Source: Planctomycetota bacterium (GTDB taxonomy: Bacteria > Planctomycetota > UBA8108 > SXIK01). From it: a stretch of DNA of 64,000 nucleotides. Both the position numbers and the translations under genes were made by a program. The stretch covers positions 2,464,001 through 2,528,000 of the forward strand of contig OZ244999.1 in the NCBI GenBank assembly GCA_965223265.1, read 5' to 3'. Shown one piece after another: positions 1-9,802 of the stretch. How positions within the stretch are numbered: the first letter of the stretch is position 1; each line of letters opens with the position of its first letter. A model generated the notes under the pieces. It worked only from the letters and a program-made list of their open reading frames with translations. It was not told the origin of the DNA and searched no databases.

Positions 1-276
1 ATGTGTCGCCGTGCCGGCATCGCCGTGAAGGACCGGCAAGCGTACGTCGTGATGAAACTCCACGACCTGCTTCAAAAGCGTCGTTCAGCGGCAGTCGAGG
101 CACATCAGGCCACGAAGCTCTTCGACCTTTTGCCACAGGGGCCAAACGAACTTTGGCAGATGGACGTCACCTACGTCCACATCCCGGGTCACGGCTGGCA
201 TTACGTGGTGACGGTCATCGACTACTACTCGCGGTACTTGCTGGCGTGCTACTTGACGACAAGTTACTGCGCCAGC
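1..276 (+). pseudogene. IS3/IS481-like transposase integrase-core fragment, cut by the window edge and truncated by the element starting at 277
   Basis: PNELWQMDVTY...YVVTVIDYYSRYLL is the first part of an rve/DDE core. The frame stops shortly after the TGT end at 277. Confidence 0.8.
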
Positions 277-509
277 TGTTACGCAGCAGATTAAACCCGT
301 CACCCAGCCAACCTAGCAGTCTTCCCCCTCCAGGGAAAAGTCTTCCCACCTCGCGGGCATTCCCTGCGTGATCGCGCCGCTTTCATCCTGAGAGAGCGAG
401 CAGGTATGATGCCGGGCTCGTCGTGTAGAGCCCCCTTCAACCTCGGCATCAAAAAAAGCGGTGACGCGTCAGATTTTGGCGGATCTCGCTTCACCGCTGA
501 AAACAAGCG

Positions 510-1169
510 ATGATCATCGTACGCTCGCTCTTCGATCGCATCGAGGAGCTTTTCGACGTCGCGCGGCTTCCGTCCGTTGAACAGTTGCGACCGTCGAGTT
601 GCCCGCTGTGCGGCAATCTCGCATTTTCCCCAGGCGAACGACTTGGGATCGTGGGTCACGGCACCTACCGCCGGCAGGTGCTCGGCGTCGTCGAGGTCGA
701 AGGAGAGTCGGTGACGCTGGTTCGGCGTTACTTCTGCCGCGGCTGCAGACACACGATCAGCGTCCTCTCGGGCGATCTTCATCCTCGCCGCTGGTATGCA
801 GCCGGCGCGATCCTCGAGGCCCTCAGGCTCCACCTCCTCGAAGGAGAGAGCGAGCGCCAGATCCGCGAGCGTTTTAGCGTCGCGGTGGACTCCGAAAGCT
901 GGCGGAGCCTTCGCCGTTGGCGCTCGGAGCTTCTTGTGACTCTCTGGTACTGGCTCGGGCGTCGTCTCGGCGTTCAGAAGAAGGTCGCAGCTCGCGGTGA
1001 TGGTGGCCGACGTCTGCGGCGGCTGTTTTCCGAAGCAGAAGTGGAGTTCAGTGCCGACGGCTCCACGGCGGCGCGCTTACTCCTTGGCTCGACCGTTCAC
1101 CTCCGGGGACACAGCTGGGCGCTGGGGCGCGACCCTCCAGAAAAACTCAAGGCGGAACTTCCCCTCTGA
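510..1169 (+). CDS. Zn-ribbon accessory protein of the outer transposon (DUF6431-like)
   Basis: CPLC...HGTYRR...RYFCRGCRHTISVL...PRRWY motif, first gene upstream of the transposase. Confidence 0.7.
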   Translation: MIIVRSLFDRIEELFDVARLPSVEQLRPSSCPLCGNLAFSPGERLGIVGHGTYRRQVLGVVEVEGESVTLVRRYFCRGCRHTISVLSGDLHPRRWYAAGAILEALRLHLLEGESERQIRERFSVAVDSESWRSLRRWRSELLVTLWYWLGRRLGVQKKVAARGDGGRRLRRLFSEAEVEFSADGSTAARLLLGSTVHLRGHSWALGRDPPEKLKAELPL

Positions 1170-1270
1170 TCGAGCCTTCGGACATCCACAGAGGAGGTCC
1201 ATCTTCAGCGTTCACGACCCTCGCTACCCTCACCGCCGTTTCGATTCCCCAACAACGAACGGAGGTGCTT

Positions 1271-2443
1271 ATGAACGAAGAGCGCAGAAAAGAGGAAGCG
1301 CTCTTTCGCTACGCAGTCCTCGGCGATCTCCTGCACCGAGGTCTGCGCCGTGGTGAGCTCGGTCGCGTCCTCACCGAGCGCGCCCGCAAGCAGTGGAAAG
1401 GTCCCGACGGCCGCCCGCGCCGCATCGCCAAGAAGACTCTGGAGGAGTGGTTCTACAGATATCGCAATGGCGGCTTCGAGTCGCTGATGCCGTCGCCGCG
1501 CCGCGATCGCGGCAAGGTGCGGGCTCTGAAGGCAGAGATCGAAGAGCTCATCATCGCTATGAAGCGTGAAGATCCCGGTCGCTCGGCGCAGCTGATTCTT
1601 GAGGAGCTTGAGCTTGTCGGTCGTTTGCGCCGCAGGGAGGTGAGTGTCTCGACGATCCGAAGACTCCTGAGGCGTGAGGGACTCACCGGGGCGCGCATGG
1701 AGCTGGAGCGACCGACGCGTCTTCGCTGGCAAGCCTCTCGCTGTGGTGAGCTCTGGCTGTCAACGCCGGTTAATAAGCGCGTCTATTCGCCGGGTAACGT
1801 GAGCTCTCCGTACCCCGCGCCCCTGCCGAGCGGACGCCAGTCCGCACCCCGCGACCTCGCTCTCCCGGCGAGTCGCTCGTACCCCGCCTCCGAGTTCTGG
1901 GGTTGATCATCGCTCCACGGTGACGTAGCGTCGGCTGCGCGTGTGCTCGATCGTCTCGACTCAGAGAAAGTGACGACGCTCGATGATCTCAACCTGCGGC
2001 TCTCTTCTTGGGTGGAAGCACATTACAACACCCAGCCGCACTCCTCCCTCAGCGCCAAGACACCACTTGAGCTCTGGGAGGAAGACGCCGAGGAGATCCG
2101 CTGGGCTGATGATCGCGGCGCCATTGAGGAGGCATTTACCGACAAGCTCACGCGCAAGGTGCGCGAGGACTCCACATGCCAGTTGCGTGGTCGCACCTTC
2201 GAAGTGCCGCCGGAGCTCAGAGGGCGCTCGGTGGAGGTTCGTTACAGCCTTCTGCAGCCGGACCGTTTCTGGGTCGAAGACGGCCCCACGCGGATCCCAC
2301 TGAAAGAAGTCGATCCCGAAGCCAACGCGCGCCGCGCGCGGCAGAGGAACTCCCTAGAGAAGTCGAAAGAACTCCCTCAAACGGGACTCAATCCTGTTGA
2401 AGAAATACTGCGACGTGTAACCCAAAAGAGAAAGGATCTCTAG
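1271..2443 (+). pseudogene. Mu/IS481-like DDE transposase whose catalytic core is replaced by an IS21-end remnant
   Basis: N-terminal HTH part (GGAGG RBS, ATG 1271, ...RWQASRCGELW) breaks at 1757. C-terminal part resumes near 1940 (WVEAHYNTQPHSSL...RKVREDSTCQLRGRTFEVP, Mu-transposase C-terminal-like). The DDE segment is absent. Confidence 0.8.
1758..1935 (+). mobile_element. Orphan left end of an IS21-family element (right boundary approximate)
   Basis: TGTCAACGCCGGTTAA...CTATTCGCCGGGTAA has two repeats 24 bp apart and CTATTCG at offsets 26-32, the same geometry as the IS21 left end at 2752. Confidence 0.7.
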
Positions 2444-3041
2444 CGATGATGAATAAGGTCTTGAGTCGATTCGGTCTGGCGAAGAACCCCTTTACCAAAG
2501 ACGTCCCGGTGGACGAGCTCTTTGAGCACGACGGCACCGAGGGAGCTGTCAAACGCCTGAAGGCAGCGGTCGAAGGTCGCTCTTCGGCGGTGCTCACCGG
2601 TGAGCCCGGTACCGGCAAGACGTTCGTTCTGCGTGCCCTGGAGGAAAAACTGCCGAGCAATCGCTACCGCATCACCTACATCCACAACTCGCACGTTAAC
2701 ACGCGCGACTTCTACCGCCAGCTCTCGGTGGTGCTAGGGCTGGAGCCCAAGTGTCGACGGTGATCCGAAAGAGACACTATTCGGTGATTAAGCCGCTCCC
2801 CCGCTCCGGTTCTTCAGCGACCGATACCCCGCCGCACGCACTGCTCATACCCCGCCTTCCGATAACCGCGCACGGTCATCGCCGAGTTGATCACGGGCCA
2901 GCAACGCCGTAGTCTCGCCTCGCGCGTGATGAAAGCCGGGCTCCCCGTCAAAATGATTTGGCGATCATCGGGAAGCCCGTCCAAAAGACAGGCTGAGTGT
3001 CGCGCTCTGAGCTCTGCCTGTCCAGTCAAAGTTCGTGGCGG

Positions 3042-3578
3042 ATGGGCGCTCGATCAACTCGCAGGTTCAGCTGCGATCGCTGCGGGAAGCTGGTCGACAT
3101 TTGCTCTGACTGCGATCGAGGCAATCGCTACTGCGGCTCGGACTGCAGCGCGGCTCGTCGAGCCGAGAGCTGCCGCAGCGCAAGCGCACGGTATCAAGGC
3201 ACTGAGTTAGGACGTCGCAGCCACCGCGCTCGCCAGAAGAGATATCGCAGCCGCCTCGTGCTCGCCTGCGGAACGCTGACACAGAGTTCTGCAGCGGAGA
3301 ACTCGAGCAGCGCGCAAGCGCCCGACTCCGAAGCCTTCGTCGGAACGACCGTGACTCATCACGGTTCCGCTTCGTCTGAACGTAACGTATTTCTCCCGTC
3401 GGACCGATCCGACAACTCTGCCGTCGCGACGCTGCGACAACTGGCAGATCCCGGACTGACATGTTGCATGTGTGTCGCTCGGTCCCGGCGCACGTGCGGT
3501 ACACGCTTTTGTCGGGAGAAGATCCTGGATGACGACCCCAGAAATCGAAGCGCAGATTCTCCGTCTTCATCACGGTGA
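3042..3578 (+). CDS. Cys-rich Zn-binding hypothetical protein upstream of istA
   Basis: CDRC...ICSDCDRGNRYCGSDC followed by a basic helix; overlaps the istA start. Confidence 0.6.
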   Translation: MGARSTRRFSCDRCGKLVDICSDCDRGNRYCGSDCSAARRAESCRSASARYQGTELGRRSHRARQKRYRSRLVLACGTLTQSSAAENSSSAQAPDSEAFVGTTVTHHGSASSERNVFLPSDRSDNSAVATLRQLADPGLTCCMCVARSRRTCGTRFCREKILDDDPRNRSADSPSSSR

Positions 3579-4232
3579 GAAATGGCCACCTGGGACCATT
3601 GCTAACCAACTGAACGTCTCTCGTTCACTCGTTCGCAGAGTGCTCGAACGCAATGGCGCACCGCGAGCAACTCGAGCACGTTTGTCGAAAGCCGACGAGT
3701 ACGTCCCGTTTATCATCGCGACGCTCAGGAAGTATCCCCGCCTGACTGCCGTTCGTCTCTTCGAGATGGCTCGAGAGCGCGGCTACGAAGGTGGACCTGA
3801 TCACTTTCGCGCGATCGTTCGGCGTTATCGTCCGCCGAGATCGAGCGAGGCGTATCTACGCCTGCGAACACTTGCCGGCGATCAGGCTCAGGTTGATTGG
3901 GGACTCTTCGGCAAGATTCAGATCGGCGAGACGAGGCGTCCTCTCGTGGGCTTTGTCATGGTGCTCTCCTACTCGCGTGCAATTTTCCTGCGATTCTTCC
4001 CGACGCAGCAACTCGAACACTTCCTTGCCGGCCACCAAGAGGCATTTCAGCGATGGGGTGGAGCCCCACGCTCCATCTTGTACGACAACCTTCGGAGCGT
4101 CGTTGTAGAGCGAGTCGGCGATGCGATCCAGTTCAACGATCAGATCCATGCGTTCGCCGGACATTTTCGTTACGAGCCGCGTCCGGTTGCGCCGTACCGC
4201 GGCAACGAAAAGGAGTACGCTTCATACTGCAC

Positions 4233-6308
4233 CTATTCCCTTCTTTGCGTGGCAGGTTTTCTCGCCGCCGCTCGGTTCGGGCGGCATTTCCACTTGTACT
4301 TCTGCGGACGATCATCTCCGAGAGGTTCGTAGAGGTAGTCGTTTCGGTCGTTGTAGGCGTGAGCTTGCAGGAGTCCACGGCGACGCCAAGTCTTGACGGT
4401 GCAACGTGAGACATCGAGCTCTTGGGCGACCTCCTCCTGAGTGAGCATGCCGGCTTCTCGCAGGCGATCATAGCGGGGCTTGAGCTCGTAGTCCATCCGG
4501 AGCCGCCGTACCATGAGGCGGTCGAAGGAAAGCCCTTCGCCAGAACGATGTCCAGCGGCGTTCAGTTTGGCGGCGATCTGTACGTCGGTGTAGTTGTCGA
4601 GAAGCCGATCGATTTCCGCGATGACCTGCGGATGGGTCTGGCGTCGCTGCCAAGCCGGAATGGGGCGAGGCAGTGTGAAGGTGCGTAGCGCGCCGCCGCG
4701 GAACCGCACCTTCACTGCGATCGCCTCTTCCTTGCGGAGCGTCACGTCCTCGAGCAATAGACGCACCATGCGTTTTCGTTCCCTCGCCGGTGTTTTCGGA
4801 TCATTCCATAGCCGGGGGATATCGGTAGCGAGCTCGAGGATGCGAGCGTGTTCTTCCTTGTTGAGGATGACTCGATCTGCTTCTCTCTCGCGTTCGTACT
4901 CTGCCTCCGCCTCGCGCTGAGTCCGGAGCTTCCGATTCCAATCCGCTTCGAGTTCGTCAGCGACCAGACGGTTGTCGGGGTCTACCTGCAAGTAGCGACG
5001 ACGAGCGAGTTCCGTTTCGTAGCGAGCCCGCTCCACCTGCTGAGATCGCAGCCGATCGGCCTCGTCGAGGCGCGCCTGGATCTCTTCCTGGACAGCGAGC
5101 GTTACCTCGAGTGCCATGGGACTCACGGCCTCGATCAGAAGAGTGCCGATCGCCTCGTCGATGCTTGCTCCGGGAACGCATTGACACGACGGCGTAGCCT
5201 TCCGGATTCCCTCGCGTTGACACATATAGACGGGCTGGAGCTGACCGCGGTTTCTCTCATAGCGTACCGTCATACGTTTACCACAGACCCCGCAGACTAC
5301 GAGCCCTTGCAGGAGTGCCGGGCCTTCGCGCGGAGGGCTGCGTTTGCGGTCGTCGCCGTGAGCGCGCGCATTCTCCGTGAGGCGCCTCTGGTTCTCTTCG
5401 AATTCCTCTATTGGGATATATCCAGGATGCGCACCGGGTACGAAGGCCGTCCATTCTTCGCGCGGCAATAGACGATAGCGCTGACCGGTGACATCCGGAA
5501 GTTTCCGTTGACGCATGCGACCGTAGAAGAAGACTCCGGCGTAGCGAGGATTGTGCAAGACATGCAGTACCAGAGAGTGATCGAGTTCGGCCCAGAGGAT
5601 CTCTCCTTTGCTTGGTCCTGTCCGTGCCTTTCGTGGGAAGCGAAGTCCCTTCTCGCGGAACGCTTTCACCGTCGCTGTTGCTGAGCCGACTCGACGAAAG
5701 GTACGGAATAGCATCTGTATTGCGTCCCGCACCTGTCGGTCGGGGTGGAGCACGACTCGTCCTTCGGTATCGTAAATAAATCCTATGGGCAGCTTCGAAC
5801 GGAGCTCTCCCCGACGAGCCTTGTTGATGATCCCTCCCTGCAACCTGGCCTTCAGAACATGCAGCTCAGCCTCACTCATCGTCCCCTTCAGTCCCAAGAG
5901 AAGACGGTCGTTGAAGTGGGCCGGATCATAGATCCCGTCCTCATCGAGGATCAGAGTGTCCGTTAGGGCACAGATCTCAAGCAGTCGGTGCCAGTCGCTG
6001 GAGTTGCGAGCTAGACGCGAAACTTCCAGCCCCATGACGATCCCTGCGCGACCAAGACCGACCTCCGTCACCAACATCTGAAAGCCCTCTCGTTCGGTCG
6101 ACGAGGCACCTGACTGCCCAAGATCGCTGTCGATGACGACGACCCGCTCGGCAGGCCAGCCGAGGGCTAGCGCGCGCTGCTTCAAGTCGTACTGTCTTTT
6201 TGTGCTCTCGGTGTTCTCGAACACCTGCCGTAGCGTTGACTGACGAATGTAGAGGTATGCATTGCGAGCAAGATGCCGTGAGTCAACCTTCTGGTGGGCT
6301 TCGTTCAT
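4233..6308 (-). CDS. Large serine recombinase (resolvase, recombinase and Zn-ribbon domains, C-terminal HTH)
   Basis: YLYIRQST catalytic Ser motif, EVSRLARN, LQGLVVCGVCG Zn ribbon; 691 aa. Confidence 0.93.
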   Translation of the reverse strand: MNEAHQKVDSRHLARNAYLYIRQSTLRQVFENTESTKRQYDLKQRALALGWPAERVVVIDSDLGQSGASSTEREGFQMLVTEVGLGRAGIVMGLEVSRLARNSSDWHRLLEICALTDTLILDEDGIYDPAHFNDRLLLGLKGTMSEAELHVLKARLQGGIINKARRGELRSKLPIGFIYDTEGRVVLHPDRQVRDAIQMLFRTFRRVGSATATVKAFREKGLRFPRKARTGPSKGEILWAELDHSLVLHVLHNPRYAGVFFYGRMRQRKLPDVTGQRYRLLPREEWTAFVPGAHPGYIPIEEFEENQRRLTENARAHGDDRKRSPPREGPALLQGLVVCGVCGKRMTVRYERNRGQLQPVYMCQREGIRKATPSCQCVPGASIDEAIGTLLIEAVSPMALEVTLAVQEEIQARLDEADRLRSQQVERARYETELARRRYLQVDPDNRLVADELEADWNRKLRTQREAEAEYEREREADRVILNKEEHARILELATDIPRLWNDPKTPARERKRMVRLLLEDVTLRKEEAIAVKVRFRGGALRTFTLPRPIPAWQRRQTHPQVIAEIDRLLDNYTDVQIAAKLNAAGHRSGEGLSFDRLMVRRLRMDYELKPRYDRLREAGMLTQEEVAQELDVSRCTVKTWRRRGLLQAHAYNDRNDYLYEPLGDDRPQKYKWKCRPNRAAARKPATQRRE

Positions 6309-6616
6309 GTGATGTCTCCAGCTTTTTCCCGCTCCAGCGCCATCCCCGCCAACACCACAACCACGTCCGAGCCGAGCGCACGGGGGATCACCGCCGCGGA
6401 GGAACGACCTGGCTGGGGTTCAATCGAGGAGGCACCGAGAAACTCAGTCCAAGCCTGCATCCAGGCCGCCATCCCACGGTGGACGAAGAGTGCGTACGCG
6501 TGTCTTCGAGAAGAACTGCCGCCTGCTGCCAGTGCGCCGCGCCGTAGCTCTTCGTATCGTGCCATAGACTCCCCCGGCTCTGAGTTCGAAGTGGCCGAGG
6601 AAGTCGCAGTAGTCAC
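6305..6616 (-). CDS. Small hypothetical protein of the recombinase element
   Basis: GTG start overlaps the upstream stop (GTGA) and its stop overlaps the recombinase ATG (ATGA); YEELR...GMAAWM motif. Confidence 0.6.
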   Translation of the reverse strand: MTTATSSATSNSEPGESMARYEELRRGALAAGGSSSRRHAYALFVHRGMAAWMQAWTEFLGASSIEPQPGRSSAAVIPRALGSDVVVVLAGMALEREKAGDIT

Positions 6617-7080
6617 TGCCGTTTTTTTTTCCGGCGCCTGAGCGCCCGTTGAACGCTGCGAGGGTGAACTTTGATATCGAACCGCTCTTCGATACGTGTT
6701 GCTAGCTGGGACGGTGAAAGAGAGCTGTCCTCTGTGAGAGCACTCTCGGCGAAGTCGAGCACGTCGTCTTTGAGTTTGTGCCGGCTGCGTGGTCCTCGTT
6801 TTCGCGGCACGAGACCAGGTATCCCGTCGCGTGCAAGCGCGGCCTGAGCGGCATAGAACGCTGGCCGGGAGAACCCGAACGACTTGGCACAGTCGCTGAC
6901 TGACGCCCCCTCGATCTGAGCCCGTCGAAGCATCTCGTACTTGACCTGAACCAGGTCCCGAGGGTCGAAGAACTCGTCGTCGGTGAAGAGGGGGTCGGTG
7001 ACTTTCTCCGGCTGGCGATTGAGCGCCTGGTGCTCGAGGAGATGGGTCTCCTTTGGATCCTTCGGTTTTCGCGGGCTCAT
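6613..7080 (-). CDS. Helix-turn-helix protein of the recombinase element
   Basis: GGAGG RBS; FFDPRDLVQVKYEMLRR...FGFSRPAFY...GLVPRKRGP...VHPRSVQRAL. Confidence 0.8.
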   Translation of the reverse strand: MSPRKPKDPKETHLLEHQALNRQPEKVTDPLFTDDEFFDPRDLVQVKYEMLRRAQIEGASVSDCAKSFGFSRPAFYAAQAALARDGIPGLVPRKRGPRSRHKLKDDVLDFAESALTEDSSLSPSQLATRIEERFDIKVHPRSVQRALRRRKKKRQ

Positions 7081-7107
7081 GCAGACCTCCAGGTGACACC
7101 GAGAAGT

Positions 7108-7146
7108 ATGTAATATAAATTACATCCCTAATCGCCTCGGTGTCAA
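7108..7146 (-). promoter_or_regulatory. Sigma70-like promoter with overlapping palindromic operator
   Basis: TTGACA (7146-7141), 16 nt, TGTAAT (7124-7119). Palindrome ATGTAAT-ATAA-ATTACAT at 7108-7125 lies upstream of the HTH gene. Confidence 0.6.
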
Positions 7147-7197
7147 GGTTCATTCTCGGAACGCCAAGGCCTATAAATAATTGGGTATTAGGCAAGC

Positions 7198-7578
7198 TTA
7201 CCCCTGCTCACCCTGCCCATCTTTCGGGACGTATTTTACTTTACCTTCATGGACGTCTTTTCCTTTACACTCTCCATCCTTCTCGGAACGATCGCTTCCC
7301 TCCACGTTCGTCACCAGCTCTACAAGGCGCAGGAGGTCGGCGACCCTGAAGAAGGCGCGGCCGGCAGAGACGACCACGAATGGATCCTCGGCACAAATGC
7401 TCGTCCAGCTCGCCGGCAGGCGCCGAAGACTCCCGTGATCGTCGTGGAAGTAGACTCGCTCCTCGCCCCAAACCTTGCCCAGCTCGACCAGCACGAACTC
7501 CCGTCCACAAAGCGGGTGAAAGGGGTGAGTGACTCGGAAAAGCTGCTTCGCATCTTTTCCGTCGACGGCATTCGACAA
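7198..7578 (-). CDS. DUF5372 (Y4bD/Y4pK-like) small protein; start uncertain
   Basis: FRVTHPFHPLCGREF...WGEERVYF...LPASWTS...DPF...GRAFFRVADLLRL motif. Confidence 0.7.
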   Translation of the reverse strand: MSNAVDGKDAKQLFRVTHPFHPLCGREFVLVELGKVWGEERVYFHDDHGSLRRLPASWTSICAEDPFVVVSAGRAFFRVADLLRLVELVTNVEGSDRSEKDGECKGKDVHEGKVKYVPKDGQGEQG

Positions 7579-8404
7579 CTTCTTCCAAAGGGCGCGTCGA
7601 AAGAGCCATTCGCTACGTACGCGACAACTTCATCCCTGCCCGTTCGTTCACGAGCTTCGAGGACATCAACGTGCAGGCTGATCAATGGTGCATGGGAAGC
7701 ACACTGCGACGCCCTTGGCAAGAGGATCGCAAGCAGACCGTTGCCGACGCACTCGAGCGGGATCGAGCCGCTCTGCGACCTCTTCCCGACAATCCGTTTC
7801 CCTGTGAAGAGCGCGTCGTTGTCAGCGCCGGAAAGACGCCCTACGTTCGTTTCGATCTCAACGATTACTCGATCCCTCACACGCATGTCGGCAAGCGCCT
7901 CGTCGTACTGGCGGATCTCCACACTGTCCGCGTTCTCGAGGGCGTCGAGGAGATCGCTCGGCACAAGCGATCGTTCGAACGCGATCGACAGATCGAGGAC
8001 GCTAATCACATCGAGACTCTCGCCGCTAAGAAACGGCATGCCGGCAAGACGCGCCGGACCGACGTGCTGGCGAAGGTCGCACCTTCAAGTGTGGAGCTTC
8101 TTCAGAAGCTGGCTGAACGCCACCAGGCGCTTGGACGTCACGTGCGGGAGCTGCACGACCTCCTTCGGACCTACGGTGCACAGAAGCTTGAAGCGGCGAT
8201 CAAGGAAGCACTGGAAAGCGAAGCACCACATCCGCAGGCAGTTCGACACGTCCTCGAGCGAGATCGAGAAGCTCAAGGACAGGCCGCCGCGCTGCCGCTG
8301 CCGCTTCCTGACGACCCGAGGTTCGTGGGGCTCGAGTTCACACCGCACTCGCTCGAAGACTACGACGATTTTCTGAGCGACGGCCCTGAGAAGGAGGAAG
8401 ATCG

Positions 8405-9202
8405 ATGACCACGACAAGGAAAGAGGCGAGTGAATCGCCGGATGACTACCGGCGACGACTGGAGCTGCTGGGCTTCCGGGGAATCGCTGAGAACTGGGAA
8501 GAGTTCGCCGGGGCAGATTGGATGCCGCGGCTCCTCAAGGTCGAGGAGAGAGACCGTGCCAAGCGGGGTCTTGAGCGAAGGCTTCGAAACGCTAAGCTCG
8601 GACGCTTCAAACCGTTCGCGGACTTCGACGGCTCCTGGCCGACGAAATACGATAGCGAACAGGTCCAGGAGACGTTCTCGCTCAGCTTCGTCGAGGAGGC
8701 GGCAAACGTCGTCCTGGTCGGACCGAACGGCATCGGCAAGACGATGATCGCCAAGAACCTCGCCTACGAGGCCGTCCTACGCGGGCACACTGCGCGCTTC
8801 ATCACAGCCAGCGAGCTCCTCAACGACCTCGCGGCACAAGACACCGGCACCGCGCTGGCGCGAAAACTCAGGCAGTACTCGCACTGGAAAGTTCTCGTCA
8901 TCGACGAAGTGGGCTACCTCGCCACCACGAATCGTCACGCCGATCTGCTGTTCGAGCTCGTCAATCGTCGCTACGAAGAGAAGCCGATCATCATGACGAC
9001 CAACAAAGTGTTCTCCGAATGGGGCGAAGTCTTTCCCAGCTCCACATGCGTTGTCACCATGATCGACCGACTCGTGCACAAGTCCGAGATCATCAAGCTC
9101 GAAGGTGAGTCCTATCGCGTCAAGGAGGCGAAGGAGCGCGAGGCCGAGCGTCAAGCCAAACGGACGGCCAAGAAGAAGACCTCGAAGAAACAGAGGGCCT
9201 GA
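8405..9202 (+). CDS. istB: IS21 helper ATPase IstB
   Basis: GPNGIGKT Walker A, LVIDEVGY, TTNK.F.EW, IDRLVH, GESYR; ATGA overlap with istA. Confidence 0.95.
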   Translation: MTTTRKEASESPDDYRRRLELLGFRGIAENWEEFAGADWMPRLLKVEERDRAKRGLERRLRNAKLGRFKPFADFDGSWPTKYDSEQVQETFSLSFVEEAANVVLVGPNGIGKTMIAKNLAYEAVLRGHTARFITASELLNDLAAQDTGTALARKLRQYSHWKVLVIDEVGYLATTNRHADLLFELVNRRYEEKPIIMTTNKVFSEWGEVFPSSTCVVTMIDRLVHKSEIIKLEGESYRVKEAKEREAERQAKRTAKKKTSKKQRA

Positions 9203-9203
9203 G

Positions 9204-9479
9204 ATGATCTCCCGGCAGAGGCTCAGACAGCTTCGTAATCGCGTTCCGATCGACGACCTGTTCGCGGAGCTCGACATCCCAGCGAAGCGGAGCGAAGGCT
9301 ACACACGCTTCCTCTGTCCCCTCTGCCAGGAGTTCAACACCGCGACGAATCCAGCGACCAACCTTGCTCGCTGTTTTCGGTGTCAGAGGAACTTCAACCC
9401 CATCGACCTCGTCATGGTCGTCACCGGGTGCAAATTCCTCGAGGCGGTCTGTCGCGTCGAGACGCTACTGAACGAGTAG
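9204..9479 (+). CDS. Stand-alone CHC2/primase-type zinc-finger protein (IS21 passenger)
   Basis: FLCPLC...NLARCFRCQRNFNPIDLVM...FLEAV motif. Confidence 0.75.
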   Translation: MISRQRLRQLRNRVPIDDLFAELDIPAKRSEGYTRFLCPLCQEFNTATNPATNLARCFRCQRNFNPIDLVMVVTGCKFLEAVCRVETLLNE

Positions 9480-9802
9480 CTCGGAGGCTCGAACGTGTTA
9501 ATCACCGAATAGTGTCCTTTTTCGGCCACCGTCAACACCCAAGGCGACCTCCGAAGCGCTCTTCCGCATGATCAGCCGTCACCTGGAGGAGACGGCGCTC
9601 TCGAAGGTGCACCCGGTGATCGTCTTCGATGAGTGATGTGGAGCTCCACATCACCGCACACATGGGGAGTTCGGAGTTATGTGGAGTAGCGGAGTGAAGT
9701 CGTTGCTTTACAACACGTTCCAGTTCTCGCTCTCCCCATAAACCGGTAGCGTCGGTCTCCTCAGCACCCGCGGTGGGTGCCCCTCAAATCGGGAGATCGA
9801 CC

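Larger units (their letters stand above)
4213..7589 (-). mobile_element. Four-gene large serine recombinase element inserted in istA
   Basis: Boundaries defined by the in-frame rejoin of IstA (plus or minus 1 nt). Both junctions read AAAGG. No terminal IR seen. Confidence 0.85.
3529..8408 (+). pseudogene. istA: IS21 transposase IstA interrupted by the serine-recombinase element (3529-4212 plus 7590-8408)
   Basis: AQVDWG, ILYDN and GNEK|GRVERAIRYVR motifs; in-frame rejoin gives 500 aa. Confidence 0.9.
2752..9537 (+). mobile_element. IS21-family element with two passenger genes; about 3.4 kb without its nested insert
   Basis: About 40-bp terminal IRs (TGTCGACGGTGATCCGAAAGAGACACTATTCGGTGATTAA versus TGTTGACGGTGGCCGAAAAAGGACACTATTCGGTGATTAA), 6-bp TSD CCCAAG (2746-2751, 9538-9543), istA and istB present. 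Confidence 0.93.

Noticed and set aside
6305-7195. 296-aa ORF as a single gene
   Set aside because: It overlaps the better-supported HTH gene and promoter; only 6616-6305 looks coding.
4209-7591. AAAGG as a 5-bp target-site duplication
   Set aside because: Collapsing it shifts IstA out of frame; the in-frame rejoin needs only one shared G.
7249-8376. 375-aa plus-strand ORF
   Set aside because: It crosses the element junction and overlaps IstA in another frame; no recognisable motifs.
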